NCBI GenBank assembly: GCA_026770705.1
Contig: JANJGN010000038.1
Coordinates: 6,758,001 to 6,822,000 of the forward strand
Length of the DNA stretch: 64,000 nucleotides
From: Isurus oxyrinchus
Taxonomy: Eukaryota
Direction: 5' to 3'
Made by a program: the position numbers and the translations under genes. Position 1 is the first letter of the stretch, and every line of letters begins with the position of its first letter. Of this stretch, positions 14,441 to 28,188 are shown piece after piece. The notes below the pieces were generated by a model. That model did not search any database and had not been told where the DNA came from. It was given only the letters and a program-made list of their open reading frames with translations.

Positions 14441-16279
14441 TTTACTAAAAGTGAACATGTCAAAACATACGTGGTGCTGTGTTAGAAAGTCTGAGAAGAA
14501 TGTGATTAACGGTCATTTCTCTGTTCATTATTTAAAGATGTTTATGTAAAAGGGGTTCATCCTTTCACCAATCGATATTCAGCGGAATAACAGGCTGCTC
14601 AGAAATGCTTAATTGATTTAAGCAGCAGAATTTCCAGAAACATTTTTTCTTAAATTTAATGGCTTCTTTTGTTAAAAATAAATAACATCTGTACCAATTG
14701 GTTTTCTGAAAATTGTTTTCAATTCTTATACCATCTGTGAATATTCTTAAAATAAACTTGTTTTGTGCTGAACATAATCAATAAGTGACTGTTGATCTGA
14801 TTCTGCTGCCATGAACACCACTTTGAAACTAGTGAGGCGGTTATGTAAATAAACACAGAAATAGACGCCTCAGAATAGAATATTGAGCGTCGGAAATACA
14901 ATAGATGTTTCCCCACCAGCAGAACATGGAAATAACAACAGAGAGAAATGCAAATCACACAAAGGATTCCAGTAATGATTGATAGTTGGAAGATTTCTAT
15001 AAGTTATGGGATAACAATATAAAGATGTTTTTTGTGTTCAAAACTGGCGAAGCGTCCTTTGATCCGGTATACAGCAGCATTGAAAATGTGTTTGCGGAGT
15101 TTCCTGCATTCTATCCCGCTCTGTCTCCCTTTCTCCCCTATCCCGGGCGTGTCTGGCCTCTCATTAATCTGTCAGCGTCTGTAACTCATAACGTGAAGTC
15201 AGTATCTTATCAAAGATTAATCTCACCCCTATTCATTGACTTTTAACGAAATAGATGGCTGTTCGCAGAAGGAACTTAACTCTAAAATGTGTCTGGTTCA
15301 CTCAACAACATGGGAGTATTTAATGGGACAGTCTAAAGGGAGCCCTCCTCTGCACATTAACATTCCTATGCCTTCCTGTGAATGGTATATGGGAAATTGT
15401 AGAGGGATCTTTTTTCTGCATCAGATACTGCTGCACCATTCTTGGAAGCATTCGATCGAATCATGTAGAGGAACTGTTGTCTATCCCGCGCTATACATGT
15501 CCTGGGAGTGTTTGGTGGGATAGTTTAGAGAGACCTTTACTCTGCCTCACCCCTGAATTTACCAATGTAGACGTAGCTTTACTCTGCATCTGAACTGTCC
15601 CGTGTCTATCCTTAGGAGTGTCAAATAGTATTTCGGACTCAGTGCATGGAATGGTGTTCTGGACCGAATCCCTCATCACATGTCAAAATATATTTGGATG
15701 TTCACTTGAAGTACTGTAGTCCCAAGGGCCCTGGCACAAAAGCTAGGAAGTGGGATTAGACTTGATAGATCATTTCAGGCCATTATGGTTAGGGTGTGCG
15801 CAATGGCCTATTTCTGTGCTGCACAAATCTATGATTTTCAGATCCTATGAAGTGCGTTGAGGTCTCAGAAAGTGTACAGAGGAAGGTAACTAGTTTGTTA
15901 ACAAGGATCAGGGTCTTTAGTAACAACAATAAATTGGACAAATTGGCAGCATTCTGCTTGTGATAAAGAAGATTAAGCAGAAACCTAAATGCTTTTTCCA
16001 AGATGATCAGAGGTTTCAAAGAGAATTAGCAGAGAACACCAGTTCCTTCTGTTCATTGTGTCAATATCCAGTGATCATAGCTTCAGAACAAATGTATATA
16101 TCGGAAGATTTGTAAAAGGGCGATGAAGAGAAATATTTCGCTAACAACTGGTTCTCTTTATATTACACCAGATCCTGCCTCAATTATTATTCTTTGAGTT
16201 CAAGTCACAGTTTTAGTTTTGCTGAAACCTGTGAAATTTATGGATGCATAATCTGGTATTTGTATTTTTATTACACTAG

Positions 16280-16680
16280 TCTGTGACACAATTAACTCTG
16301 TGCTAATCAAGCCTCTGTTTCAGGCCGGCCCCCAGATCAGTTATTACTACATTAGAGCATTTCTCTATTTATATTATATAACGCTCTGTTTCAGTTATTA
16401 GTGAACCATACACCGTGGCTCTATATGTCGCACTCGACCACGTCTCAGTTATTACTATACTAGAACATGTATGTGTTAATATTACCCTGGATCCTGTCTC
16501 TGTTATTACTGCACTGGAACCTGTCTCCATTTATGTTTTATATTATTGTTTCTGTTAAAATTCCACTGGATAATATATCTCTTTATATTTTACAGTTGGC
16601 CCTTTCTCAGTTATTACTGCCCTATGCCATGTTTCTGTTAAGCTAACACTTTACCCACGCCAGTAATCATTGAATTATAT
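16280..16680 (-). repeat. Degenerate 27-bp family repeat array, inverted
   Basis: Recurrent TCTCAGTTATTACT.CACTAG / CCTGTCTC motifs, reverse complement of the satellite-related unit. Confidence 0.65.
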
Positions 16681-17689
16681 CATGGCAAACGTATTGGAAA
16701 CTGGTGAGGAAATAGTGAAGTTAACGTGCAGCACAAAACAATGGAAACAGAAACAATTTTTTTTTATTGAATTTCATTGAGAGTGGAAAGTGTTACATTC
16801 TATTCCAAGTGAGAGAATTACAGATTTATTATGCTCACGTTAGGTATGGTACAGTTGCATTTTCACCGCCTCTTGCACAGATCATCACACACTCGAGTGA
16901 CGCACAAGTGATCACTTGTCAACAAACAGAGAGAATGGTGGGTAGATGTCCTTTATTCTCCATGTGATTTAATCCACTTTCGAACTGAATTCTGAGCGTA
17001 GCTAAACTCACTTTGGAATCTAAATAGGCATTTTCCACACAAGAACTCGAAAAAGACGTCAGCATCAAGAAATGTTAATGATAATAGATGATCTGAAATT
17101 GCTGGATGGATGGTTCGAAATATAGATAGATAGACTGACAGCCAAACAGACAGGTACGCAGCTAGATGGGTTGACAGATAGAGAGACTGAGATACACAAC
17201 ATCTAGCGTAATATATACAGTTTAATGTTAAATAACCTTTTTGGTGGCTCATATGATACAAACAGGGAGATGGTCTTGTATAATGTGAAGAGATGTATGC
17301 ATCAGTGCGATTACTTACTCCAACAGGGCCTAGTGTAAAACATGAATTGAGACTAGGTCTTTTGCACTGCGATCTGAGACGGAGTCCTGTGTAATTTAAA
17401 GGAAGGCATGACCCAGTCATTAAGTATCAGCACCTTTCATGGTCTTAAATACCTCGATCAAAGCCCCTCTTAACACCCTCTATTCTAAGGAAAACGATTG
17501 AAGATCTCCAAGGTCTAGTAACATTCGGATCAATCTCCTCTTCATCCTCTCTGCGACCTTCAAATGCTTTATAAAACAGAGTTCCTGGAATAATTATGTA
17601 CAATATACATGGAAACACAATAGGAATACTTTAACAAATGTTGTTTTTAATCATTCACTAGGCTGAAGTATTTATTTCTCTCTATTCAG

Positions 17690-18350
17690 CCAGGAGATGT
17701 GAGCGTCTCTGACACGGCCAGCATTTCCCCCCATGCTCCGCTGTCCTGGAACTGAATATCTGGCTAGACATTTTCAGAGTCGGAGGATAGTTAAGAGTGA
17801 ACCACGTGCTGTGGGCCTGGAGTCACATTTAGGCCAGACTGGGGAAGGATGCATATTTACTTCACCGAATGTTCATTAGTGAACCAGATGCGTTTATAGC
17901 AATGAAAATTGAAAAGATCCAGTTCCATTTCCATTTTTTTATTCATTCATGGGATTTGTGCGTTTCCAGCTGAACCAACATTCAATAGCCAAACACAATT
18001 GCCCTTGAGAAGGTGTTAGTGAGCAAACCTCTTGTACTGCTGCAGTCCACGTGCTGTAGGGACACCCACAGTGCTTCTAGGAAGGGAGTTGTATGATTTG
18101 GACCCAAGGATAGTGAAGAAACAGGGACTTTCCATTGTTGTTGCTGTGCTTCTGCTGCCCTTGTTGCCCGGAGAATTGGGGAATATTCCACCACACTCCT
18201 GCCATGTGCCTTGTAGTTTGTGGACAGGTATTTGCAGAATTCCCAGCTTCCGAATGGCTCTTGTCTCAATCGCATTTAAATTCCGCCAGCTGCTGTGGTG
18301 GGATTTGAATCCATGTCCCCAGAAGATGAGTCTGGGCCTCTGGGCTAGTG
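17690..18350 (-). mobile_element. SINE and LINE-tail fragments, inverted
   Basis: Reverse complement of 13.6-14.1 kb pieces; B-box-like GGGATTTGAATCC at ~18300; CAATTGCCCTTGAGAAGGTG tail. Confidence 0.6.
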
Positions 18351-18907
18351 ATGAGCACTTGGGACGCTATAACATTCAAGGCTATGGGCCAAGTGCTGGT
18401 AAATAGGATTAGGTAGGTAGGTAGGTCAAGTGTTTCTCAAGTGCCGGTGCAGACTCGATGGGCCGAAGGGCCTCTTCTGCACTGTGATTCTGTGAATCTG
18501 TGGCAGAGCTACAGCCAGGTCGTGCCTGAGTTAGGGTCCAGTGTAATGTAACCAGAGATAGGGCCTGGTAGAATTTAAATGGTAAGTTGCTCCAGTGCAG
18601 TAATAACTGAAACAGAGCCTGGTTAAAATAAACTTAAACATGGTCCAGTACATTAAAAACAGGGACAAGTTCTATGAAATATAAACATAAACAATATAGC
18701 ACATCAATAACTAAGAAACCGCCTAATGTAACACAAACAGATATTATATGAGGTCAAATTTCAACAAAGCTTTTTGGAATTTAAACTTAGTTAATTTTAT
18801 ACATCTGAACTATTAAAAATGCCCTCAATATCAGTAATGGGAAACGTGCATCTCCCAGACTCATCAAAACACAGCTGACATATAAAGGTACGTTTCAGAA
18901 ATACATT

Positions 18908-18993
18908 CCCACACACCACCCCCCCCCCCACCCCACCCCCCCCCCCACCCCACACCCCCCCCCCCAACCCCCCCCCCCACCCCCCCCACCACC
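18908..18993. repeat. Poly-C tract (G-rich, quadruplex-capable on - strand)
   Basis: About 85 nt of C runs interrupted by A. Confidence 0.9.
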
Positions 18994-19261
18994 TTACATG
19001 TTTTTTTCCCAAAGGGACTCCAGATGAAGAGCAAGGTGGTTAACTTTGAATCTCCCTCTAAACATTCTCAGTGTGCAGTCATTTTTATTAAACGGCCACG
19101 AGAATCATCAACCTGAGCACAGTCAGTAAAGCCAGACGGCATCAACCGAGGCACAGGCAAAGACACAGGCAGTCCAATTAACTGTATAAAATTCTCTGAA
19201 CGATCTTCTGTGGACATCTCCCACAGCTGAGAAACACGGAACGCAGGCTGGCGGAAACACA

Positions 19262-19885
19262 AGAAGAACAACAAAAAAGAACAAAGAAAAGTACAGCACA
19301 GGAACAGGCCATTCGGCCCACCAAGCCTGTGCCCATCATATTGCCCGTCAACTAAAACATTTTTGCACTTCCGGGGTCCATATCCCTCTCTTCCCATCCT
19401 ATTCATGTATTTGTCAAGCTGCCTCTTAAACACCACTATCGTACCTGCTTCCACCACCTCCTCTGGCAGCGAATTCCAGACACTCACTACCCTCTGCATA
19501 AAAAACTTGCCCCGCACATCTCTGTAGTTTTCTCCTCTCACCTTAAATCTATGTCCCCTAGTAATTGAATCTCCCACCCTGGGAAAAAGATTCTGACTAT
19601 CTACTCTGTCCATGCCACTCATAACTTTGTAAATTTCTATCAAGTCGCCCCTCAATCTCAGTCCCTCCAGTCAGAACAATCAGAGTTTCTCCAACCTCTC
19701 CTCATACCTAATAACCTCCAGATCAGGCAGCATCCTGGTAAACCTCCTCTGCACCCTCTCCAATGCCTCCATATCCTTCTGGTAATGTGGCGACCAGAAT
19801 TGCAAGCAATATTCCAAGTGTAGGCTAACCAAGGTTCTATACAGCTGCGGCATGAATTCCCAGCTTTTATACTCCATACCCCTGT
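19262..19885 (-). mobile_element. CR1 LINE 3' fragment (ORF2 C-terminus and 3' UTR)
   Basis: Translations LYRTLVSLHLEYCLQFWSPHYQKDMEALERVQRRFTRM and RGDLIEIYK...TRGHRFK...RVVSVWNSLP are typical CR1 ORF2 motifs; frameshifted. Confidence 0.9.
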
Positions 19886-20269
19886 CTCAACTCGTATATT
19901 CTATGCCTCGGAGAATAAAGGCAAGAATCCCATCTGTTTCTTGATCAATTTATCTACCTGTCAAGGCACCTTTACGAATATCTGCATTCGATAGTCCCAC
20001 TTTACTTCTCAGTGTCGTATCATTCGTGAATCAGTGGCAGTCACTATCTCAGAATGCGCTGGATGCCGGGGTGCTAAATAAATTTAAGGCGGAGAAAGAC
20101 AGATTTTTAATTAGTAATGGGTTGAAAGGTTACAGGGAGAGGATGGGAAATTGGAGTTGAGGCCGAAATGAGATCAGCCATGATCGTAATGAATAGCGGG
20201 GCAGGCTCAAGGGGCGGAATTGCCAACTCTTGCTCCTAGTTCTTATGTTTTATTTACTGTTTATTACTT

Positions 20270-20960
20270 TATCTTGTTAGCTTTCCTTAAATGCACTACC
20301 TCGCAAACATGTCTAAGCCATTCTTATGTCTACCTGACTGGTCGATTTCCTGCAGTATACAGCTTTTTGCTCAATTCTTAATCACGCAGCCAATTTGTGT
20401 ATCATCTAAAGCCTTCTTAATCATGCTCTTTTCAGTCATGTGCAAGTAATTGATATATGCAAGAAAAGGCAAGTGTCCTATTACTAAGGCCCGGGGGATA
20501 CCACTCCCGTTTACAGAAACACCCCGTGTCATTTATCGTTTGCTTCCTGGCAATGAACCAATTTTGGATTTACCTCGCCGCTTTGCCTTGGATCACATTG
20601 GCTTTTAATTTCAGAACCGCTCTGCCATGTAGAACCTGGTCATTTTAAAATCCATATACACTACATCGAATGCATTGTATCCATCGGCACTCCTTATTAT
20701 ACCTTCAAAACATTTATGCATAATAGTCAGACTCGCCCTTCGTTTAACAAATTCTTGCTGTCCAGCTTTGCTTACTCAGTGTCATTCTAAATGTCTCATA
20801 GAATGTTCTCTTTCCAATACTATTCCCTGCTCCAAGATTATATTCAGTGTCCTGTAATTACTCAGTCTTATACCTTTCTGCGTTTTGAACAAGGGCACAA
20901 CGTTAGCTGTCCTGTCGCCCTGTCTCAGTGCCTGAAGTTGCAAAGGATTATAAAGTGGTG
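20270..20960 (-). mobile_element. Old CR1-like RT fragment
   Basis: Highly degraded; GGGGATACCACT and AATCCATATACACTACATC resemble the reverse of the GVPQG and VDVVYMDF motifs. Confidence 0.5.
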
Positions 20961-21949
20961 GTGATTCCTATGCCGAGGGTACAATTCTGGCGAGCCTTGG
21001 CATTTATGCATTTTAAAAGGTATTAAACCGCTTGATACTTTCTAAATGGTGGCAGTTCGCCATTTCTAAAGGGGAATTGGGAGTCGGTAGACATGTTTGA
21101 CTTAACAACTATTCCAAATCAGTCGATAATAAATAAGTAAAACATTAGAGACTGTCTAATGTAATATAAACCATCCATGCCTACATTACACTAGGCCCTT
21201 TTTCAGTTATTGCCGCCTGAGGCAGTGCTGGTTTGGTATGATTTAGGCAAACCAACTTACACTGTCATCTGGTGGCCAATCGTTGCCATTACTGCTATCG
21301 TGAAAATGTCGACGTTCGTACTGTTGTTGATAGAAACGTATCAACAAACAAATTTGCACTTATATTCCACTCAACGCATTTTTAATGAAAGGGAATTAAA
21401 TGCTGTAAGAATAACTGGTGAAGCAAATCCACCTTTGTGGAAGTAACTTGCAAACATTAGGAATAATGTGTCTTGTATGCACACACTCACAGACACAAAT
21501 AGACGCAGATACATATGTTGAGTCTCAGTCACACAACCAGTAACCACGGAAAACGTGAATGTAAAGGCCCTCAGGAGAAACATTCCTTAACATTAAAACA
21601 CGGTGTACAATAGACACAACAGAGATTTCCACTAATCTTTATGAACTGCAATGCGTTCTGGCTCACCTATCCTTCAGTCCCTCAATCCAGTTCAAATTTT
21701 CGAGATTGTCATAAGATTCGACCAGTACTTTCAACAAAACTGTGACATAACACCGAGCAATGGGAAATTGTACACAGCTCCTGATGGCTGTGACCAAGAC
21801 TAAACGTATTTTACAACAAACAAAAATCCATCTTCCCACCGAGTCAAATATATGTTCTTTAATTATTATGAGACATACTTCTCCCTTCATCCATCTGTCC
21901 ATTTACCTATCACAGAAAAAAATGCTGTACCACAATAACTGACATTGGC

Positions 21950-22310
21950 AATAGATTAATATAAACAAAGTGTCCAGTGCTGTCATTACAGGAAAGAGGC
22001 CTTATTTAACATAAACAGCGATAAGGACTCCTGCACTCTGAGCAGTTTAGTCCATGAATAACTATCGCAGACCCCGTCGAATATAAACAGGGAGATGACC
22101 TCATGCAATTTAAAGGTGGGCATAAAATAGTGCAGAAATAAAGGAGAAAGGGTCTAGTGTAATATAAATAAGGACATGGATGAGTACAATATAACCAGAC
22201 ACATGCGTCAGTGCAGCAATAACTGAAAATGTGCCTAGTGTAAAGGATGGATGCGCACAGAGTTTATTGCACCAATGTCCGTGACTGGACCCAGTAGAAT
22301 ATGGACGGAG
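21950..22310 (+). repeat. Degenerate 27-bp family repeats
   Basis: AATATAAAC..AG...GGTCTAGTGT / GCAATAACTGA motifs as at 12.3 and 50-51 kb. Confidence 0.55.
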
Positions 22311-23150
22311 ACATGGTCAGGTTATGGCCTTGCAAACCCCTTCAGTAACTTGAACACTTCTTTCAAAACATCTCTTAACTCTCTCTGCTCTAGGATGCTA
22401 TTTCTATCGTTTTTCCACAGAACGGAAGCCCCGCACCCCATTTTGATAAATCCTTCGACAGCATCTTCAGAACCCGAGAGCTCTGCGACATAGAAGGACA
22501 AGGACAGCAGGTGAATGGAAGCACCAACAACTGCTAGTGCCGCTCCAAGTCACACACAATATTCTGATTTGGAAATATAGATTTTTTTCCTTCGTTGGTA
22601 TTGAGTCAAAACCCCAGAGCTCCCTTCCCACCAGCACTATTTTTGGATTTGAAACACACACAAGGCGGCTCACCAACACATTTTCCAGGGCAATTAGGTT
22701 TGGTTAGTAAATGTCGGCCTTGACAGAAATGTCAAAATCTGAGAACGAAGTAGAACAAGCAATAACTGAGTGAAGGTGTGCTGTGATATAAACATAGACA
22801 TGCTTTGGAGCAGTAATAATTGAGGCAGTATATGTATGTTTTCATGGAAGCAATCGCGCTAGCACTGCCACCCGGTGGCGAAAGATTGCCATTGCTGTTA
22901 CTGTAAAATGCCTTCATCAGTTATTGTCTCTTATATTAACGCACCAAAACCAAGCTACAATGATATACAAGATCATTACATTCTACAGGGGGTGGCAAAG
23001 GATAACAATGCAAAGGATTCCACCTGAGTGAAGCTTTGTTGCGCAAAGAAACATTAGCAAAAGGACAAAGTGGTTCAAATCCTGTTAATTTATATTAATG
23101 TACATTTATTGGCGTTAATTGAAGGGAGGACTTTTGATCAGGGAACATTT

Positions 23151-23290
23151 ATGTGTGTGTGTGTGTGTGTACGTCTGTGTGTGTGCGTGTGTCTGTGAGT
23201 GTGTATGTGCACGTATGTGTACGTCTCTGTTTGTCTGCCTGTATCTCTGTGTGTCTGCTTGTTCACTTATGTGCCTGTGCGTGTTTGTCT
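23151..23290. repeat. (TG)n-rich microsatellite
   Basis: Seen directly. Confidence 0.85.
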
Positions 23291-24329
23291 AAACACATCA
23301 TTCTTAATGTTTCTATGCGAATTCTGCAAAGGTAAATGATTATGTTTTCCAGTTATGTTTCTATATTTTATTCTCTTTGATTAAAAATATAATTTTAGGT
23401 CCTGTAATATCCTTAATGTGCATTGATTATCCATTTATTTTGTTCTCATATTTAGATCGCATTGTCCCACCGATCCGTTACCAAGGCAATGTCTGTCCTC
23501 AGAAATCATTTGTGAAAAGTGATTAAATCGGAGCATGCATAACGTGTATGAACACATTGTTCTTTGTGACAGATTGTTAGTTGATCAAAAGCGCATCTCA
23601 CGGGACCTTGTATTGATTTCTGCATGTTGCAGTAAAAGTGAGAATCTCACTATCCGTGACCTGAGATTAATAAAACATTTCCTTCAGTCAGAAAGAAATC
23701 GAATTATATCCAACAACCATTTGCAACTATATAGCCCCTTTAATGTGGTAAATCGCTGCACGTTGATTCACCAGACCACTAACAGGCCAAGTCTGACACC
23801 GAGTCACGTAAGGAGACACAAGGGTGGATGACCATACATTAGGTCAACGATGTAACTTTTAGTGAGGATAGTAAAGGAGGAGAGAGGGAGAAGGGGTTTA
23901 TGAGTGAATTCCATGGCTAAGGGCCAAGGCAGTTGGCAACAAGTGATAAAATTCACGGATACAAAAGATGTGAGAATTCGAGGAGGGAAGGGGGAGGATT
24001 GTGAGGCTGAAGGAGCTGATAGGGATGGAAGTGGTGGTTGTAAGGTCGGGGGAGAGGTGGTGGAGGCCATGGAGGGAGTTTAACAATTGTGATAATTTTA
24101 TTACTGATGCATTCCTTAACCGAGAACCGCTGTGAATCAGGGAGAATAGGGTTGATGGGCCAACTGGACATGTGTGCCTTAAGATATGGGCAAGAGCATT
24201 TAGCTTGAGCTCCTATTTATGGAAGGTGGACTCTGGGGGGATGGTCAGGAAACCATTGGAATATTCAGGTCTAGAAGTGACAAAGAGTTCGATGGGAGTT
24301 TTAATCCACTGCCTATGTCATGTCGACCC

Positions 24330-24890
24330 AGAAACAGGGAATAATTAATTGGGTTTCTGCTCCTATGTCTGTCGGTGTCATATAGGACCAGTAACAAATA
24401 ATCATTCCTAGGGTTTGTGCTCGCATGACTGCCTGTATCAAATAGGCCCAACATCTGGAGATAATGCCCAGGGCTTGTGATTCAATGTGTGTCTGTGTGA
24501 CTTGGGACCAGCACCTGGGAATCATTAATATGACGTGTGATTCAAGGGCACTTCGTATCAGATAATCCCTGCACCTATTAGCAATATCCAGGTTTTGAAC
24601 AACTAAACGGTCATACATCAGCAAATCCAGGTTCTGGGGACAATTCCCAGCGTTTATGTTCTCTGGTGAGTCTGCTGGGCCCAGGTGCTTGATACTAACC
24701 CCAGGATTTATGCTCCCTGATGCTTCTAATATCCCCCAGTCTCTAGGAATCACATTCAGGATTTGTGCTCCCTGGAGCGTCAGATGGTTTCTGTCACAAT
24801 TGCCTCATGATCTGAAAATCTTTCCCAGGATTCATACCCCGGTACTTCAGAGAGGATACAGGTTCTGGGAAGCAATCTCAAGGTATGAAT
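24330..24890. repeat. Degenerate ~60-bp minisatellite
   Basis: AAT.ATTCCCAGGGTTTGTGCTCC-like motif; cores at about 24351, 24411, 24471, 24531, 24591, 24651, 24704, 24759 and 24828. Confidence 0.6.
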
Positions 24891-26199
24891 TCATTCGAAA
24901 TGAACGTTCATATACCCAATGGAGATGAACCTGGACTGTTTGGGCACATTGTTGCTGGGCAGATCTGTGTATAAATAGGTTCCTTTGCTAACAGCTGGGT
25001 TCTTGTTGCCTTGCTATATTTGATCTGTGAGCAGGAAACTGGTTGTTGAAGTTTCTGCACAGCAGCCACAGATGTTTCCTGTAAATTGAAATGTGAATAT
25101 TCTCTCCTCCCTGATGGTGGAATGCTGGATTCCTGTCACTGCCTGTTGGGCAGAGATATGGGATGAACGTGTTGTTCAACAAACTGGGAATAAATTTAGC
25201 AGCAAATGAATCGTTAGGCAATCTTAATCTAAATTGCATTTCTTATGAGATGATATTAAGGAAACTGCGTTTTGTGTATGGCAGGTGCAGAACAGACTAA
25301 ATGCGGCAACAACAGTACAATGAATTCGGGATTTTAATTAATTAAGGCCAATCTGATTCTGATAATTGCGAAGTTCTTTCACAATCCTGTAACATGGAAT
25401 GCCAGCTGAGCTGGTATCACACAGATATAAATAACACATTAACTGCTCTGATACTAAAGTTTGATTCATTTAACAATTTTGTAATTTACCCAATGGTCTG
25501 CAGACGGTGGAGTCACAATCCCAATCTGGAGACTGGGAACTCATATTATTCACTGAACTGTTAGTACAATTGTAATGGCAGGCTTTATATTTTCATATAT
25601 AACCCGTTGGCACATTTGGTCTTGGCACCTGAAAAGCTGAGCACAACTGGCTTGATATCACCATAAATTCAATGATTTCTCATCCTTGGTGCAAATTAAC
25701 AACATCAAAAAAAAATCAAACTCGTGATGCCCCAAATCTCTGAATATAATTTATGGTTTAGTGGGGTCACCCAGATCGATATTGTTTTATCTGCATTGCT
25801 AAATATTTCCCAATGGTTTGTGGGATAAATCTGTCACATCAATTAGAAAGATAGACATGGTGATTTAATTCTTAACTAAACAGGGTTCAGCTGCACTGTG
25901 CAGCATCATCACACACACATTCCTCGGTGCAAATCTCAACTTCTCCCATTTAGAATCATTCACTGTGAAATGAAAGAACAATATTCACACTGGTGACCAG
26001 AAATCCAGTGGAAAATTGATTCACGGAGGATTGTTTTAAAGTGAAGCTTCACATTTCACGATGGATTATATCTGAAATTAAGTGACATTATTCCGAAACT
26101 GTCGATGTCTTGGGACAAATATAATAGCTTTCTCTGAACAAATATCAGTAACATTTGTATCTTTTATCACACAGATAGGGGAACATGGAAATAAAGAAG

Positions 26200-26480
26200 A
26201 CATACATTTAACCAGTGCATTTCACAACCACAGGATACCTTAAAGCGCTTTATAGGCAATGAAGATTTGTTTGTTTATTTATAAACCTATAATCACCATT
26301 GTATTGCAAGGAAAGACAACCGTGAATTTACGTATAGGAGGATCCAACAAACTGCGCTGTGATAAATCACTAGATAAGCTGATTTTGGGATGTTGGCTGA
26401 ACGAGAAATATTGGCCCCAGGGGATCTCTCCCTTCATCTTCGGAATAATTCCATGGGTGTGTTTAGGTCCTTCTGAGAGC
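26200..26480 (-). mobile_element. Old SINE (DeuSINE/SacSINE-like), inverted, upstream of V promoter
   Basis: TTTCACAACCACAGGATACCTTAAAGCGCTTTATAGGCAATGAAG...; related to 36965-37170 and the reverse of 14270-14440. Confidence 0.55.
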
Positions 26481-26762
26481 AATTGGACACTGAGCACATG
26501 TGAGGTGTTTATTGGGAATGTAAAGATTCGCACTGATTCAATTTAAACCTGCTTTGGAGAGAGAGTATCACATCCCAAAGGATAAATAGACAATCAAAAA
26601 GATACGTTTGTGGAACACGGAATATTAATGGTTAATAATTGTTTATACAGCTGGACTCAGACAGGAAAAAGGAGGAGGAGCCAGGCTGTTAACTGGGGGA
26701 GGAGAGTGACTCCCATTCTGCAGCTTTGTCTCTCTCTCTCTCTCTTATTTGACTCTAGCTGG

Positions 26763-26770
26763 TATAAATA
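26763..26770 (+). promoter_or_regulatory. TATA box of IgH V promoter
   Basis: TATAAATA about 98 nt upstream of the leader ATG. No ATGCAAAT octamer nearby, consistent with shark IgH promoters. Confidence 0.7.
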
Positions 26771-26860
26771 GCGGGACGGTTCAGCTCCTGGTTCACAATC
26801 CGCAGGTGTCACTGTGACGGAGAGTCACGCTCCCAAGTCAGTTATACCCAGAGACTGAGG

Positions 26861-26906
26861 ATGGGATTTGCGCTGTGCCTTTGCTTCTTCTTGGCTTACT
26901 TCACCT
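26861..26906 (+). CDS. IGHV: IgH V leader exon (MGFALCLCFFLAYFT)
   Basis: ATG in GAGGATGG context, hydrophobic 46-nt exon, phase-1 donor GTGAGT at 26907; splices in frame to 27032 giving ...FTYVQS. Confidence 0.92.
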
Positions 26907-27031
26907 GTGAGTATTCCTGACTATATAAGTGATACAATAAAGTCTGCTTCTTGTCTGATATCGTGTTGCTATTTAAGTTCAATGATTTGATTGTTTTCTA
27001 ATGTAATTACATTTTTTCCATTCGCTAACAG

Positions 27032-27333
27032 ATGTCCAATCCGCCATCGTGCTGACCCAGCCGGCCTCAGAGACCGCTAAGCCCGGACAATCTCGCAAAC
27101 TGTCCTGTTCGGTGAGCGGTTTCAGTTTGGACAGCTACTATGTGCACTGGGTTAAACAAGTTCCTGGGACAGGGCTGGAGTGGCTCCTTGCTTTCCACAA
27201 ACCCTCGTCAACCACGTATTACGCACCTGGAGTTGAAGGTCGAATCATCCCATCAAGAACTTCGTCCACAACTTACATTGAGATCAAAAATCTGAGACCC
27301 GAAGACACCGCGAGGTATTACTGTGCAAGAGAC
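27032..27333 (+). CDS. IGHV: IgH variable gene segment (unrearranged, open; IgW-like frameworks)
   Basis: Acceptor CAG at 27029-31. AIVLTQP...LSCSVSGFSL...WVKQVPGTGLEWL...EDTARYYCARD has the canonical Cys, Trp and YYC; followed by an RSS. Confidence 0.97.
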
Positions 27334-27372
27334 CACAGCGACCTGAACAAGCCCAGAACTCGTACATAAACC
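27334..27372 (+). other. V recombination signal sequence, 23-bp spacer
   Basis: CACAGCG + 23 nt + ACATAAACC. Confidence 0.93.
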
Positions 27373-27726
27373 GCAGAAGAATAATTACAGTGAATCATAG
27401 GTCAGTATTAGCTCAAAATAGGTTAAGAGATGTGTTTGAACCTCGATTGAGAAGTTACATTTTCCAAAGCAATAAAGTGGCGAAGAATAAAAACAAAATG
27501 TTGATTAACTCCGTATATTAAAGAGCATAGTTACCGCTTAGAATATGCACAACTGATGACTAGGCGCCAAATCAAAATATTGACAAATTATTGCGTGAAT
27601 GGAGATAATTTTAGCCCAAGGTTCTGCTCCTGATTAAAACTCTTGAATGAATTGTAATCAAAATCTGCAAATCTTCTGCTGACTGAAGGGTTTTGTTTCT
27701 TATAGCAACAATCAGTGAGTGAGAGC

Positions 27727-27806
27727 AGTATCTGTGCTGGCTCGTGTCACTGTGATACTACAGTGGGTCACGGTGTTGTGTATAGTGAACTCCTCATACA
27801 AATAGC
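27727..27806 (+). other. D1 segment (27755-27768 ATACTACAGTGGGT) with 12-RSS 5' and 22-RSS 3'
   Basis: AGTATCTGT-12-CACTGTG | D | CACGGTG-22-ACAAATAGC; matches the known shark IgM D1 layout. Confidence 0.92.
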
Positions 27807-28121
27807 CCACAGAGGGACTTTGATCAAATCTGCGATCAATATCACAGCAGGAAAGTCAAAGAAAATAAAATGACCAACAATAAGTGTTTTAAGGAACACA
27901 GATTTACGAAAAAATGTATAAAAGTCTCTGAATTTACTAATTTTGATTGTCTTGCTAAATAGGGGCACAGTTGTTAAAGGCGTATTTCGATCCGTTTTGT
28001 AAACATAATGAAGAGTTCTAACTGAAATATCACAGTGATGTATTCCTCGAGTATTCAGTATCAGGTTTCTCAGACCGCTGTGGATTTGAATCTCTGTATT
28101 TCACATTAAACAGTCCGCCGC

Positions 28122-28188
28122 AGTTTCTGACATGGTGCGTCTCACAGTGATACAGGATGGCACAGCCGTTACGGTTAATGCAAAAACC
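28122..28188 (+). other. D2 segment (28150-28160 ATACAGGATGG) with 12/12 RSS
   Basis: AGTTTCTGA-12-CACAGTG | D | CACAGCC-12-GCAAAAACC. Confidence 0.92.

Noticed and set aside
14948-14955. Octamer ATGCAAAT (also at 50962)
   Set aside because: Far from the V promoter; isolated hits are expected by chance in AT-rich DNA.
24965-25090. TATAAATA plus E-box/ETS-like motifs as a second promoter
   Set aside because: No leader or exon follows; motif evidence alone is insufficient.
26810-26816. CACTGTG heptamer in the V 5' UTR
   Set aside because: No acceptable nonamer at 12 or 23 spacing.
27319-27325. Cryptic VH-replacement heptamer TACTGTG
   Set aside because: Dictated by YYCA codons and common to VH genes; no upstream donor V in this window.
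27688-28037. Possible third D: GGGTTTTGT at 27688 and CACAGTG at 28031
   Set aside because: Neither has a partner element at the correct spacing.
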